Of a stretch of DNA of 64,000 bases, positions 24,621 through 37,053 are shown in pieces. Source of the stretch: Macrostomum lignano (taxonomy: Eukaryota); the NCBI GenBank assembly GCA_002269645.1, contig NIVC01000272.1, positions 376,716-440,715 on the forward strand, written 5' to 3'. How positions within the stretch are numbered: position 1 is the stretch's first letter; each line of letters starts with the position of its first letter. A model generated the notes under the pieces. That model did no database searches and was not told where the DNA came from. It saw only the letters and a list, made by a program, of their open reading frames with translations. The translations under genes were made by a program, and so were the position numbers.

Positions 24621-26374
24621 GAATGATTCCGTGATAGAGGGGTTAAAATTAAGTGTTGCCTGCTACCCCTCTGCCACGACAGGCAGAAACTTCGAAGAAC
24701 TGAGACAAGTCCTTTCTTAGGTTTGAGCTCAAACTTTACTAAACTCGGCAGTGGAGAGCCTCGGCTCTTCCAATTGCATTGTATTTATAACACTCAGCAT
24801 TGTGCTCGGGGGCAGTGTTGGGGTGGTGGCGTGATATTTTTCCGCCCCACCCATCTTATTTGCTTTTTTGCATAGTTAGCTAGTTAGATGGATTAACACA
24901 GAGAGGGCGCGCATGGTCTGCGTGGCTGTTTTAGTGCTGGCAAATGGGTGGGTCTAACATTAAATATCTATGATAAGTTTGTAATAGCCTTCGTTTGTAA
25001 AACGAAAGATCCTGCCGAGCTGTAGGCCGTTTGCAAAGCCTTGCTGACCGCGCCGTTCAACTAGTTTATTAAGGTTGGCAATCTGTACAAGCACCGCGTC
25101 GATCGTGAATGCTCCTGCTCAAATTCTTCTAGAGAATTCTCAGGCACATGCTCGCCGTTGGCCTTGTAGGCCTGCGCAGCTCGTCCAGAGTCTTGTTGAT
25201 TTGCGATTGCTTGTCGGCAGTTTTTGCTATTCGACCGATGATAGTTGGCTTCTCGATGGGTGTCCGAGCAATTGCATTATATTTATCGGCCCAAACATTC
25301 CAATTGCCAAGATCTTTACTAGAAAATACTGCCTTAATGAAGTTCTCCAGATTTTCGATGTAAACGTTGTCGCCTGCTCGCATTTCAACATCCATGGCAA
25401 GATGCAAAGATTAAGCAAGTCAAAAATAAGAAATTGCTGCATGCTCTGTAAAGGTTAACTGGCGCGTGAATCACATAACATGCTCTTTCTATAAGGCTGA
25501 CCTTAAAATTCCCACAAGGAACTTCTTTTTTCCTTGGGTCGAAAAAGGAGAGGAGAGAAACGTGTCTCGTTCACTTTAAACTCCTTTCCCGAGAGCACCA
25601 ACCAAAACAAAAATTAGGAGTTGTGAGTACTCCGCAGAGAATCAATCGTTTGTCGAAAAAAAACTACAATTGCTTAATGATTTCTGCAAAGTTATAGTAG
25701 CTGTCGTAATCTTAAACGTAGGTTACTCCATACTTAAGAAACCAGTGGCTTTGGAGAGCTAGATTAATATTAGGGACATTGATATCAACGCCGGGCCAAT
25801 ATTTTCTCATGTAATCACTGCATTCTAGTTTGCATCGGTACTTACTCTTGTAATTAGACTCGTGCGCTTTGTAATAAAAACCTGGAGAGACGATTGGAAG
25901 CATTTTTATTAAGAATTTAATTTTTTTCGGGGATGAGCACCCTGCGCTGAGGATCTGGTTTAGCGTTGCGAAATGAATGTGGGGAGAAGAATACATATTA
26001 TTTTCTGATTGTTTCGAAGATGCTATGGGTGGATGTCAGTGGATTATGTAGGACACCTGTTATGCTCTGATTCTGTCAGGGATAATATGGATGGATTTAG
26101 GAGGATTATGTTCGAAGTTTTCGGAGCAAGTGCGACTCCCCTTTTTTCTGATTCTGTCGGGTATAATATGAATGGATTTAATAGGATTATGGAGGACAAT
26201 AAAAAAATTGTCTCAAAAGCCCCCTCATGCATTCTACTGAGAGGAAATGTATAATTTATTGTTAGCTAATAGAAATGTTTCAGACTCTTATTCAAAGGAA
26301 GATAATGATGCAATGAATATCGCCGTTACAATTAATTGACGATGCTAATGGGCACGTAAACAATGTGTACACAA

Positions 26375-26960
26375 AAATTGAAATTGACACTAAGATGTAT
26401 TCTAAAACTGAAATTGACACTAAGATGTATTCTAAAACTGAAATTGACACTAAGATGTATTCTAAAACTGAAATTGACACCAAGATGTATTCTAAAACTG
26501 AAATTGACACCAAGATGTATTCTAAAACTGAAATTGACACTAAGATGTATTCTAAAACTGAAATTGACACCAAGATGTATTCTAAAACTGAAATTGACAC
26601 TAAGATGTATTCTAAAACTGAAATTGACACCAAGATGTATTCTAAAACTGAAATTGACACCAAGATGTATTCTAAAACTGAAATTGACACCAAGATGTAT
26701 TCTAAAACTGAAATGGACACTAAGATGTATTCTAAAACTGAAATTGACACTAAGATGTATTCTAAAACTGAAATTGACACTAAGATGTATTCTAAAACTG
26801 AAATTGACACTAAGATGTATTCTAAAACTGAAATTGACACTAAGATGTATTCTAAAACTGAAATTGACACTAAGATGTATTCTAAAACTGAAATTGACAC
26901 CAAGATGTATTCTAAAACTGAAATTGATACTAAGATGTATTCTAAAACTGAAATTGACAC
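26375..26960. repeat. 30-bp minisatellite, about 19.5 copies
   Basis: Unit aaactgaaattgacac(t/c)aagatgtattcta. Confidence 0.97.
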
Positions 26961-27195
26961 TTTTTTTAGCAGAAAGGCAAGGTACTGTGGGGGTACAGAG
27001 AGTTCGAAATTAGTCAATATTCTTTCATTACTGACTTCAAACGCTTTCCATCCTGACATCAAAGTGACCGCTTCTCATAACTCTTTAGCAGCATTTCATG
27101 TTGCAGATTCCAAACCCATCTTCAGAATGGAGCAGTAAGGAGTTCGCTTTAGCACACTAGAGAGAGGCAGGGAAAGACAGAGAGAACGAGAAGAG

Positions 27196-27196
<1 letters not shown>

Positions 27197-27288
<92 letters not shown>
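27197..27288. repeat. (GA)n microsatellite
   Basis: Direct reading. Confidence 0.97.
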
Positions 27289-27291
<3 letters not shown>

Positions 27292-27292
27292 A

Positions 27293-27537
27293 TGTCTAGT
27301 GTCTAAACGCTCGAACTCCCACTTCCAGACCCTAGGCCTGGGACCCCTATAGAATGCATTAGGTTTGAGCCTCGAATACCATATTCAGAGTTATAAATTT
27401 AAATGTTGCAAAAGATGATCATTTGTTGCTTTCGTGGTCTTAAAATTTGCAATTTTTAGCTTTTGAGTTTTCACGTTTTTACGTTACTACTTACCAGTAT
27501 AGTGACTTACTTTGTACCGTACCTGGAGATCTCCACA
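27293..27537 (-). repeat. Short, internally deleted LTR relative of the RING-Gypsy family
   Basis: Starts TGTGGAGATCTCC and shares CCCAGGC..TCTGGAAGTGGGAG with the 3' part of LTRs A and B; no TSD. Confidence 0.55.
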
Positions 27538-28063
27538 GCAGCGCAGATGACTCAGATTTAAAGTGGCTTACTTGAGTGGCACATTTTTGTTTCTATTTTA
27601 GTAGGTGAAAAATAAATGAGACGAGAAGACACTAATGAGTATCTGTCCAAAGATAACAATGCGCTCGTGGAACACAATAGTGGCGCGCTTTTTATTCAAT
27701 GAGATGGTATGCATTTTGCCGCTTTTTCCTGTGAGTAGTGAGAAAAGAAGTGTTGCTTATTTTGTACAATATTTCTTCGTTTTTTACGAAATCTTCATAA
27801 AAAACTTTGGCTTAAGATGAATAAAGAAGAAAACTTTTTCCTACTACTCACAGTAGAACACTATTAATTCAATCATCAAACAATCAATTAAAATGCGCAG
27901 TCTTTGTATAGCGGCGCATTCCTGAGAAGAATCAGTCCACACTATTCATGAGATCGTCTTCATCGTCTTCATCGTGACCTCCAGTTGCTGAGCTCTAAAG
28001 AAAATGTATTACAGGTAAGTTAGTAATGGCATGAAACTTTATTGTAAAAAGCTGAATCGCTTC

Positions 28064-28825
28064 TTACCAGAAGCCGCACAGTTGAAACCGAGAGTACGTC
28101 ATCTTTTCTGGTTGTTTCGTCCGTACGTCAACTGTCCAAACGGAAACACTCTTCTCCTTGGTTTTTCCATCACTACAAATATACTCTACTGTCTCGTGTG
28201 AAATTTTCAAACACTCGCCAAACTCTTCATCTTCGTTACTGAATCTCTCTATTGTTTTCTTGTATTTCACAATTGTTGATAGACAATAGCCAGAAAAAAT
28301 AGAGCTGGGAATTTTAGACAAATGTCATAAAAAGTTGTGTGATCAAGAACCTTTCGTTTCGCTCCAAAGTCCTCTGCGATATTTTCCTTGGTGAGAGTTC
28401 GTCTCGAAAATGATATCGTTCTGGCCAGTTCAAACTCTCTCAACGTCTTTAAAGTCTTCAGCAAGAGCTTCGGAAATTAAACAAAAGTGCTTCTTGACTT
28501 CGTCTATATCCTTTGACTCTAGATCGTTTGCCAATTCGTCAAAAAGTTTGTCAAACTGTCGACTGTCAATTAGTAATCCCCAAGAATTGAGTTTTACAAG
28601 CTTCTCTCTAAGATTTCGCAAAAATATGCGCTCTTCACGATCATTACTGGTAGCTCTTTTAGGCTTTTTAGCTTTTAGCTTAACCCCTTCCTCCAAATTG
28701 GAGATCCGGGTTTTGAACTTGCGTCCCTCTTGCGCCTCCCACTTAGTAAGAGCTTTAGTTAGTCCAATATCAGTTCTAGTTCGTAGTTGCTTTGATTTCT
28801 CTATAGCTACTTCTATATCACTCAT
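28064..28825 (-). pseudogene. Degenerate coding sequence of unknown function
   Basis: Charged helical ORF pieces in shifting frames, with a splice-donor-like GTAAGA at ~28065. Confidence 0.35.
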
Positions 28826-29485
28826 AGTAAAATACTTTCAACACAGAGATTCAGAGGAATCGCTGTGCAGGTATTTATATGGAAGCTTTTTTTAGTTTAG
28901 TTGTTCTGTGTGTTAGCCATCCATTTCGTAGTGGGTCATTGTGTCTTTTGTTAAAAACGAATAGAGGCCAGTGAATGAAACCTCATGCAACATACTGGGG
29001 TTAAAAACGAATAATTGTAACGCACACAGGTTTAGAGAAGAGTGACTCACTGCAGAAGCTTTGGATTGCGCATTTATACGCAGTTAACTAGTTTTTGCTT
29101 GCTTCATTGAATGGTTTACAAAGAAAAATTGGTTTACTGAAAACCATTTTTATAATGAAAAAAGTAAGTAATCTCAAATCGGATGACACTTTCATATTGT
29201 TTATTCTTGAAAATAGATTATATTAACCCCCAAACCACACATTTCTTATGGTTTTACTCACAAATGGTTTTACTCACAAATCTCGAAAATGGCACTTTTG
29301 CCAAATATTTGAAAATCACAAAAAATGAGGGCATGAGATGAGGGCACCCCCTTTTTTAAAAGTGTAAAAAATTCTAAAAATCTGTGTTCAGCGAAATATA
29401 CCACATGCCAATGCCCCCTCCATGCCCTCACCCTCATTGCCCCACGCCATGTCTATACACCCTCTTGCAACTCTGACCTCCTGGT

Positions 29486-30525
29486 TGTAGTTGAATGGTG
29501 TAAGGGGGTGAGTCATCTAGTGAGTGGCGCGAACTGCGCCCGAACGATCAATGTGGCCCAACCCCTTACATCATACTACTACTTATGTAGCGGATCATTT
29601 TTTGCTTCCGGGGCGCTCCGTTGGGGTTGCCCCAGGCAAAGATGGAGTGGGTCTGGAGAGACCGCCAGCGGCTAGTTGATGTTGGCTCATAGTCGCCCCC
29701 CGGCCATGCCCTTCTTGGGATTCGGACGACTCCCCCTTCGGGATCCGTGGTTCCGGAAGCCACGGATCGCCCGCCGTCGAGGTCTTCCTCTGTAACCTGC
29801 GTCGGGGCGTCCACCTTCATGCACGGTTGGCCTTGCACCGTGACATCTCTAAAACGGATGCCCGGCCTTCTTTGATACGCATCGTAGGCTGTGTAGGTGC
29901 GCCACCCACGACCGGCCATTGTGCGGGAATAATTTCGGCTGTTAGTTAATTCTTGTTTTGGCATTGTACATACGTGGCTAGCCAAATGTACGCGGGTGAG
30001 GGTTGTGGGCCTCTGCTGTTTTATTTACGGCTCTTACCCCTACTGGGGGTGGGGATCGTAGGATGATCGATTTTATTGGGGTTTTTTTCTCTAGGCCTAC
30101 TATAAACTTTGCCGCGGGAGTTTCATCGGCGCTGGCGAGGATTGATTAAACTGGATTTGCTCGCTCCTTAACTATCTACGTCTTTGTGGGCACTATGTCG
30201 CAGCATGCTATTCAACAGTTATCTGAATTACTCTCGGAGGTGGAACGGATGGAAAATTCTATTGATAAGAATCAAAAGATGGACTTTGTCTCTTGACCGG
30301 TGGGGTTTTACATAGAAAAGGGTGAAGCTTGGATCGCATTTAAATTGACATTTACCATATAGGTTGAAAACATGTTTTTTGGACTATGTTGATGGTCACT
30401 CGCTGTTTACGTGATATTGCATGTATTACTAAAAATTATTACTTTGACGCATGTTAATTTTTAAATAGTATTCATAGTTTTATCTTACTACTTCTAGTAG
30501 GTTATGAGGCTTGGAGACTTCTACA
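29486..30525 (-). repeat. Probable 3' LTR of RING-bearing Gypsy copy C
   Basis: PPT then TGTAGAAGTCTCC at 30525; the first ~240 bp align by eye with LTR A; a candidate end CTACA at 29486 gives 1040 bp. Confidence 0.55.
29566..29985 (-). CDS. Orphan ORF, 139 aa, inside the probable LTR C
   Basis: Non-repetitive, protein-like composition; TAAATAAAAC about 35 bp upstream; no family recognised. Confidence 0.4.
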   Translation of the reverse strand: MASHVCTMPKQELTNSRNYSRTMAGRGWRTYTAYDAYQRRPGIRFRDVTVQGQPCMKVDAPTQVTEEDLDGGRSVASGTTDPEGGVVRIPRRAWPGGDYEPTSTSRWRSLQTHSIFAWGNPNGAPRKQKMIRYISSSMM

Positions 30526-30680
30526 ATATCTCCCTTTTTTACGAAAAATTTCTCCCGAATTTACGTTGGGACTTAAAGGCGATTTACAGTAGGCAAGCGG
30601 CTCATTAATGATATGGAAAACGTTATTTGATATATTCAATATATTGACATAATATTAAACCGTAATAACCGATTGTCGCG

Positions 30681-31340
30681 TTAAAAGTTTAAATATGTTC
30701 GTATGCAGGTGAGAGTCCTAGCTTGTTTTTTTCTAATCGAAATGTTCGTCAAAAATATGTGGAATATTCTCTGTACTCTGGCTGTCAACACCGCCACGGG
30801 CCACATGAGGTGTTGAATTGTGGTTAGCTGCGTGTCTTCTGTTGCCTCGAGGAGGTGGTAGTACACCTCCTCCTCCGGGATCAGCAAACTGTCGGCCATG
30901 GTGTAGTATCGTCCAACGGCCAGAAGATGTTGACGCGCACCGTGCAGGCTAGTTGGTATTGGCCAAGCCTGCACATTGGCAGCAATCTCATGTGCTGGTA
31001 AGGCTTCTAGGTTGTTGAGACCGAGTTCATTGTGTCTTGGCGTTTGTTGTACTAGATGAGCTGCGGCCGGTTCTATCGGCCCGAAGCAGGTGGGGCAATA
31101 GCTAATGCCCCGTCGTGCTAGCCACTGGAGGCATGTGAAACAGCTCCAGTGTTTGGAGCTACATGGTTTCACGTTGGGATCTTCCCCACAAAGTCTGCAG
31201 CTAATGATCGGATCACGGCATAATGGACCGTTGTGAATGAAGCCCATATCGAAACAGGTGAAACATATTCTATGACCGTACTGGCAGAGGGGTCGTTGCT
31301 GGGATTTCTCTTCCAAGCAAACGGGGCACATATCTTCCAT
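30681..31340 (-). CDS. Double-RING protein (type R5), intact ORF, 219 aa
   Basis: CPVC..CQYGHRICFTC..GPLCR, CRLC..CSSKHWSCFTC..CPTC, WPIP, EEEVY, QHLMWP. Confidence 0.85.
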   Translation of the reverse strand: MEDMCPVCLEEKSQQRPLCQYGHRICFTCFDMGFIHNGPLCRDPIISCRLCGEDPNVKPCSSKHWSCFTCLQWLARRGISYCPTCFGPIEPAAAHLVQQTPRHNELGLNNLEALPAHEIAANVQAWPIPTSLHGARQHLLAVGRYYTMADSLLIPEEEVYYHLLEATEDTQLTTIQHLMWPVAVLTARVQRIFHIFLTNISIRKKQARTLTCIRTYLNF

Positions 31341-31699
31341 CTCGGAGGGTATAGTCTTGTGTTAAATTTTTACAAAGGGCGTTTGGCAAGGCATGGATGG
31401 TTGTTAATGAGTATATATATGTAGGTACGCATGGCGGCTATCATTGGTTTGTTGTTGCAACCATTAAATTTTAATTGGTGAAAAGTAGCGCATATTTTCT
31501 AGGCCGGCATGCATTGGTTTCAAGTTTCACTCTGAAATACGGTGGCCTGGACATGGATTAAAAGTATTTTCCTATGATACCATGTTATATCTATTGGTAC
31601 GAGTATATTTGAGTCAGGCATGGGTGTAAGAATTCCGATATAGTAGAACAACGTTGCACTATCTTACTGTAGCTCGTATCTGTTAGTCTCAGAATAGTT

Positions 31700-32942
31700 A
31701 TGTGTATCAGAATGTATCGCATGTTAGTTCCGTGTCTTTTGTGTTAGACATGCCATCGGCCATATTAGATGCTGCAGTGGCACATATTCTGTACATTCCG
31801 TCGCATAGAGGAGTGAAATATTATTTTAAATTATTTTAAAATATATGTTATTGTTCTTCTTCTGGTCTCTCACTTCTATGTCTCTTGTTCTACTTCAAAT
31901 ATCAATGTGAGAGCCAAATAACTGAGGCGGTGGATTCAACTGACTTTTCCTGATGATGCAAACACTTGATGTTAACTTACAGACCGTTGTATTTGATGGT
32001 CACAATCTCGAGATGTTATCTTACAAAATATAATGTCTAAGATGGAATTCCAAATAAGAAGCTCGTTTTGTTCGAGTTCCAAGGGGTTTCTAAGTGTTCG
32101 GGTGAACCGAAGGTTCCGTCTATTGTGGAACGTGGGTTGGTTGTTGTTTTAGTTTTAGTGAGTCAATTTATCAGTTTTAGTGTTTGGGTTGAGACCCTAG
32201 CTGTGTTAATCAAAAGTAGTTAGAATAGCGAGAAGGGAGAACAGAGGCGAAAGAGAGGCGAGGCCAGGGAGGGGCGAGCTTCTTGCTTGGTTAACATGAG
32301 CTTTTTATAGTACTTTGTCTTAATTGCATTGGATGGTACATAACTGCTTTTCATTGGTTGAGGTTGGAGTCGTGTCCTCAGCTTTTGCTATTTGGAGCGC
32401 ATTCATTGGTTAAAATACATTCAATCTGGATGGGAACTTTCTAGAGCCAAAATGTGTCACTTCAGGAGGTCGAGGTAGATCTCCTCGGTTGTAATTTTGG
32501 CTGGGTACACGACATATTGTCGCATCAGGTCGAAGATATTTCCGGTGTTGCCGTCGATGAAATGGAATGGGCCAGGCTTTTATTGCTAATGCTAATTGTC
32601 TGGCCGACATTGCGTCCATAGCTTCTTTTGTCCGCAGTAGTGGTGTTAGATCTGCCGGAGTTTGGTCCCAGAATTCCGCTGTTATGGGTGTTGTGCAGTG
32701 AGGCAGTAAGGACTGTTTGTGCTTCGGATGTTCGTTGCACATTCGTGGCACACCCAATGTGGATAATGGCAAAGTTTTATTTGCGGTGTTGTACTGCAGA
32801 CTTGACAGTGGGCGGGGGGTGCTCGGCACAAAGGACATATATCTATTGCATCCGTCGTGCAGCAGTTGTACCAGAACTGATGGCCGTTTTCGCAGTACAC
32901 GAAGGGCTCAATGTCCTCTACGCAGCAGACGATGCATTCCAT
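31700..32942 (-). pseudogene. Double-RING protein (type R4) split by a solo LTR
   Basis: MECIVCCVEDIEPF..; removing 31814-32464 plus one GGAG restores EIYLDLLYATECTEY..QHLIWP. Confidence 0.85.
31814..32464 (-). mobile_element. Solo LTR, 651 bp, 4-bp TSD GGAG
   Basis: TGAA...TTCA termini; GGAG at 31810-31813 and 32465-32468; TATAAAAAG on the minus strand at ~32301-32309. Confidence 0.85.
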
Positions 32943-32989
32943 ATCTGCAATTTTAAGAGCGATCTAATTAGTCTACTTCCTCGTACATA

Positions 32990-33297
32990 TCGATTTTGGT
33001 TTAGTGCGACTGTCGGGGGAAGAAGTGTGCCGAGGCAGCTGGGGCAGTAAGTTATGCCGCCTGTACCTAGCCTTTGCAGGCAGGTGAAGCAGCACCAGTG
33101 ACGGGACTGGCACAGCCTCACCTGGGGATTGTCCCCGCAAAGGCTACAAGCTATTAGCGGGTCGCGGCATAGGGGGCACGTAGCTATTATTCCTGAGTCG
33201 ACACACCTGAAGCAGGTTTTGTGCCCGTATTGGCACATTACCTGCTGTAAGGTGGCCGCCTCCAACACACAGGGCACTCTTCTTCTGTGTTTGCCAT
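32990..33297 (-). pseudogene. Double-RING protein (type R3), N-half only
   Basis: MANTEEECPVC with a 1-nt frameshift, CQYGHKTCFRC, CPLCR, CSLC, HWCCFTC, CPSC; truncated. Confidence 0.8.
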
Positions 33298-33829
33298 TGT
33301 GAATGAAGATTTAGTAGGACCGTTCGCTAAATTGTTATTTTAATATAAGTGCGCCTGCACTTGCTCCCCTCTCTGTCTAACCATCCACCTTATTGATCAG
33401 CGCCTCGGCCCCCCATGTACGCCAACCCCCTTCGTCCATCGCTTATCTTTTTCGATAAATGTACGTTCAACCCCCCTCTTCTGTGGTTCTGTTATCTACG
33501 CGAATCAATAAACTCGGCTAATAAGTTATTTAGGCTCGCGTGCGGGCTCTCTAGCTCCAGAACGCTCTCTCGTTAACTACAAACTTCTATTTAGCGTTCT
33601 CTACTTTATTTGCATGAAAAGTCACAACAGGACCTGCGCTGTGTATGTTGGCGAGACGTGGCCTATATATGTTATCGTAGACTAATTGTAGTTTGCTCGG
33701 GAGTGTCGATGGTTATTGTTTGTGATAGGTGCGTAGAAACAATGTTTTTTGTGTGGCCATAATTGGTTGAAGGTAGGTGTTTACTATTTATCATTATCTG
33801 AGTGATAGTAAATTGAGCTATGTTATTGT

Positions 33830-34432
33830 TTAATAACAAGAGGCAAAGTGGTCATTGAGCGTTGTGATGAAGTAATTATTGATGCTTGCCGTTAGTAGTG
33901 CGATGGGCCGAACTAGGTGTTGAACCGTTGCGTACTCCTGAGCGTTGGTCTCGTGCAGTAGGCTTAGGTAGATCTCCTCCGCAGGAATGGCATTTGTCAT
34001 CATGGCGTAATGTCGGGCCCGTTGGAACAAAAAGGTTAGCTGTGGTTATCGGTCGTAGGGAATAGGCCACTCTCGGATGATGTGGGCAAGGTCAGTTGTC
34101 GTCATGTTGTTCAAGCTGTCTGTCGTTAGTGTGACTTTGTGTTCATTGTTGTCCGGAGTGTCGACCAGAATCGGTTGAGCGTAGGTGACACACTTTGTGA
34201 TTTTGTGTCGCTGTGTTGACATTACGCAATCGTGGCAGACCCAGTGCTTGTTTTCACAGAGTTGTAGTTGTGGGACGGTGTTGTACACTTGGCAGTGCGT
34301 TGGTGGTGCTCGGCACAAGGGATACTTGTCGATCATTTCTGTAGTGCAGCAGAGGAAGCACAGCCTGTGTCCGTTCTGGCAGTAGACAAATGGTGTGATT
34401 TCTTCCTCGTAGCACACGTGACATGATTCCAT
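33830..34432 (-). pseudogene. Double-RING protein (type R2), stop at 34046
   Basis: CHVC..CQNGHRLCFLC, HWVCHDC, WPIP, EEIY, QHLVRP. Confidence 0.85.
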
Positions 34433-34464
34433 CTGGGGGATAAGGAAGGTACTGGTATACTTTA

Positions 34465-35022
34465 TTAATCTACTTCGTCGTACGTATCGCCTTGCCAGGC
34501 TGTTAACTCACTGTACGTTACTAACATGGTTAAATCAGCATTTCGTTTAATAAGTATCGATAATATAGCGCAATGAAATGGGAGGCATGGTAATTCGCAT
34601 GTTGATAAGTATCTTAAAAGACGTTGCTGAATACGTTGTAACGGGAAGAGTATTAGTTGGTGTCTATTATGATGTGCGTACATAACGAGGTGCACATATG
34701 CCGAGCGAGAGTTTCTAGGAAATAGACAATCGTCTAGTCGACAAATAACGTCTATTGGAGCGAGTTAGTACGCAATGGTTTCAGCCAATTGAACCGTTTG
34801 TACCAGTTTTATACGTAGGAGTTGATCGCGCATTTGTACTAAGGAAAAAGGCATCGCATTCAGGGCACATAAGCAGTTTTCGAGCGGCTAGTTTCTTGGT
34901 ACACTGCATGCATAGAAAATGTTCATTTTTACAGAACTTTTGGGTGCGCCATGATGTACAAATCATACATTGTCATAGGGCGCCACGACATATGGGGCAG
35001 GCTTGCCAAAGTTGGATATGGT
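34465..35022 (-). pseudogene. Double-RING protein (type R1), 5'-truncated by insertion of copy B
   Basis: Homologous to 37909-38577 from ..HIQ.WQACPIC onward; abuts the LTR end at 35023. Confidence 0.85.
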
Positions 35023-36147
35023 TGAAGAGTTGATTCGGGAGGTGATCAGTCACCCGTAAACTCCCACTTCCAGACACTTAAGCCTGGGAACAAATTTAAC
35101 GTGTGCACTTACTGTGGCGGGTTCTTCTTCTGTGTCGGGCAGGTTCTCCGAGCTTGTTCCTTGTTTCTTCTTTAATGCGCGCGTTTGTAGAGTTCGCTTC
35201 TTCCAATCTTCTTCTCCGGAGGAATCTTCTTGAAGTCTTCGAAGTCCAAAGTCGGCCGAGAGTGAGAGCAGAACAGTGAAGTCGACGTCGAAATATCTCC
35301 TTGAGTGCGGGATTCAGTACGTTTCTCGAGTGCCAAATCAGTATCAACAGAGCGCCCTAATAAACTCGAATTCTAACGCGAGGTCCTCCAAAAGGGGCGT
35401 CATCTTTTAGATCTAACGGAATCGGAGTCGTGTGCTCCTATCTGTTAATCTAGGATAATCCAAATCAACAGTCAGTAATCCTCTAAGGGTATCGGAATCG
35501 GTCCGCAGATCCTATCCAATCCCTTAGGAAAATGGGAGGCCTCAAATAGTCTCAGTAAAGTCAACGGATCAGCAACGGCCGGCCGGCAATAAAATCGCTC
35601 TCAATTAATCAAAATAACGAAGACTTGAACAACACTTCACAATTGATACGCTTCTCTCCCAGAGATATAGCCTCGATTAGTTGCTCTAACTAACCACAAG
35701 ATCTTTTGAGGCTGCTCCGAGTCTGAGGTTTCAGCTCGGATTTTACGTTTGTATTTATAGTCGAATTTTTTGTATATACTTAGTAGCGCGACTCATATTT
35801 CATCATATTTCATCAGATTTAATCTTATTTTATCATATTTCACCATAGTTGCAACATATTTCACCATAGTTGCAACATATTTCACCATAGTTGCAACATA
35901 TTTCACCATAGTTGCAACATATTTCACCATAGTTGCAACATATTTCACCATAGTTGCAACATATTTCACCATAGTTGCAACATATTTCACCATAGTTGCA
36001 ACTTGTCTCATGCTTCGTCGTACGTTGTATTCACGGTCTTAAAATAGAGTATGACAATTTTGCAATTTTTATAACATTCAAGTTTTTCGCTTTTTTATGT
36101 TACTACTTACAGTAGTTTACTTTGTATCGTATTTGGAGATCTCTACA
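35023..36147 (-). repeat. 3' LTR of RING-bearing Gypsy copy B
   Basis: TGTAGAGAT...AACTCTTCA imperfect inverted ends; PPT at 36148-36160; homologous to 1930-2905. Confidence 0.8.
35834..36002. repeat. 21-bp tandem repeat, 8 copies, in U3 of LTR B
   Basis: Unit catatttcaccatagttgcaa. Confidence 0.95.
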
Positions 36148-36446
36148 ATATCTCCTTTTTACGAAAAATTCGTCTCGAATTTGTTTTATAAGCTGAAGGG
36201 TTGAACTGGTGAATATTGTTTTATTTACATGGTTATTATAATAATTTTAAGCTGAGTATGTGAACAAGGAAGCAATTACATGCCAGATGCTAAGTAAGTT
36301 GGTGAAGACATAGTCATTGTCACTTATTGGGGAGAGTCAAAATATGAGTATACAAGATACATATGAGGGAGCAACACATACAAGCAAAACAGTTACGTAA
36401 GTAAATCAGTTAAAATAAGCAAGAGTACATGACAGTGTCACAATGT

Positions 36447-37053
36447 TTATTGAAAAATGTCCGTCGAAGTGCGCCGGATGTATCGTTGCGTTCGTGTCAC
36501 CAAGATGGCGACTGGCCAGAACAGATGTTGTAGTGGGATGTAGTGGGAGCTATTCATCGTATTGGTTAGTTGGTTGTAGATGTCCTCCGCCGATCTAGGC
36601 GGTTCCGTAACCGCTTGTTGCCGGCCGAAAGCTAGCAGTCGCTGGCGTGCGTCGTGCAACTCGACCGGCAGCGGCCACTCTCAGATATTGTCGGCGATTT
36701 CTCGTTCGGTGAATTGTTCCAGGTTATGCAGGCCCACCTCTGGCCAGATTTCGGTATTTTGGTTTAATTCTACTGTCGGGGGAAGGAGAGTGTCAAGGCA
36801 ATTAGGGCAATAGGTGATACCACGTGCACCCAGCCTTTGCAGGCAGGTGAAGCAGCACCAGTGACGAGACTGGCACAGCTTCACCTGCGGATTGTCCCCG
36901 CAAAGGCTACACGCTATTAGGGGGGTCGCGACATAGTGGGCAAGTGGCTATCATGCCGGAGTCGACGCACCTGAAGCAGGTTTTGTGCCCGTATTGGCAC
37001 ATCACCTGCTGGTAGGTGGCCTCCAGGCAGACGGGGCATTCTACTTCAGGCAT
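36447..37053 (-). pseudogene. Double-RING protein (type R3), frameshift and stop
   Basis: MPEVECPVC..CQYGHKTCFRC..CPLCR, HWCCFTC..CPNC, then QHLFWPVAIL. Confidence 0.85.

Noticed and set aside
24950-25996. Short ORFs at 25129-25407 and 25712-25996
   Set aside because: Protein-like but fragmentary; no family could be supported by eye.
26292-27138. Long ORFs (MYSKTEIDTK)n, (ISVLEYILVS)n, (LKLKLTLRCI)n
   Set aside because: By-products of a stop-free 30-bp minisatellite.
29525-29545. PBS-like TGGCGCGAACTGCGCCCGAAC on the plus strand
   Set aside because: The match is interrupted and on the wrong strand relative to the surrounding LTR; no gag follows.
33301-33629. Possible LTR insertion upstream of R3 in copy C
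   Set aside because: It has TATA- and AATAAA-like motifs but no TSD, and it replaces rather than interrupts the homologous spacer; left unclassified.
35058-35078. tRNA-Leu PBS-like GTGTCTGGAAGTGGGA
   Set aside because: It lacks the TGG start, has mismatches, and lies upstream of the inferred LTR end rather than after it.
35770-36042. (YFTIVAT)n and (MVKYVAT)n ORFs
   Set aside because: Translations of the 21-bp repeat in LTR B.
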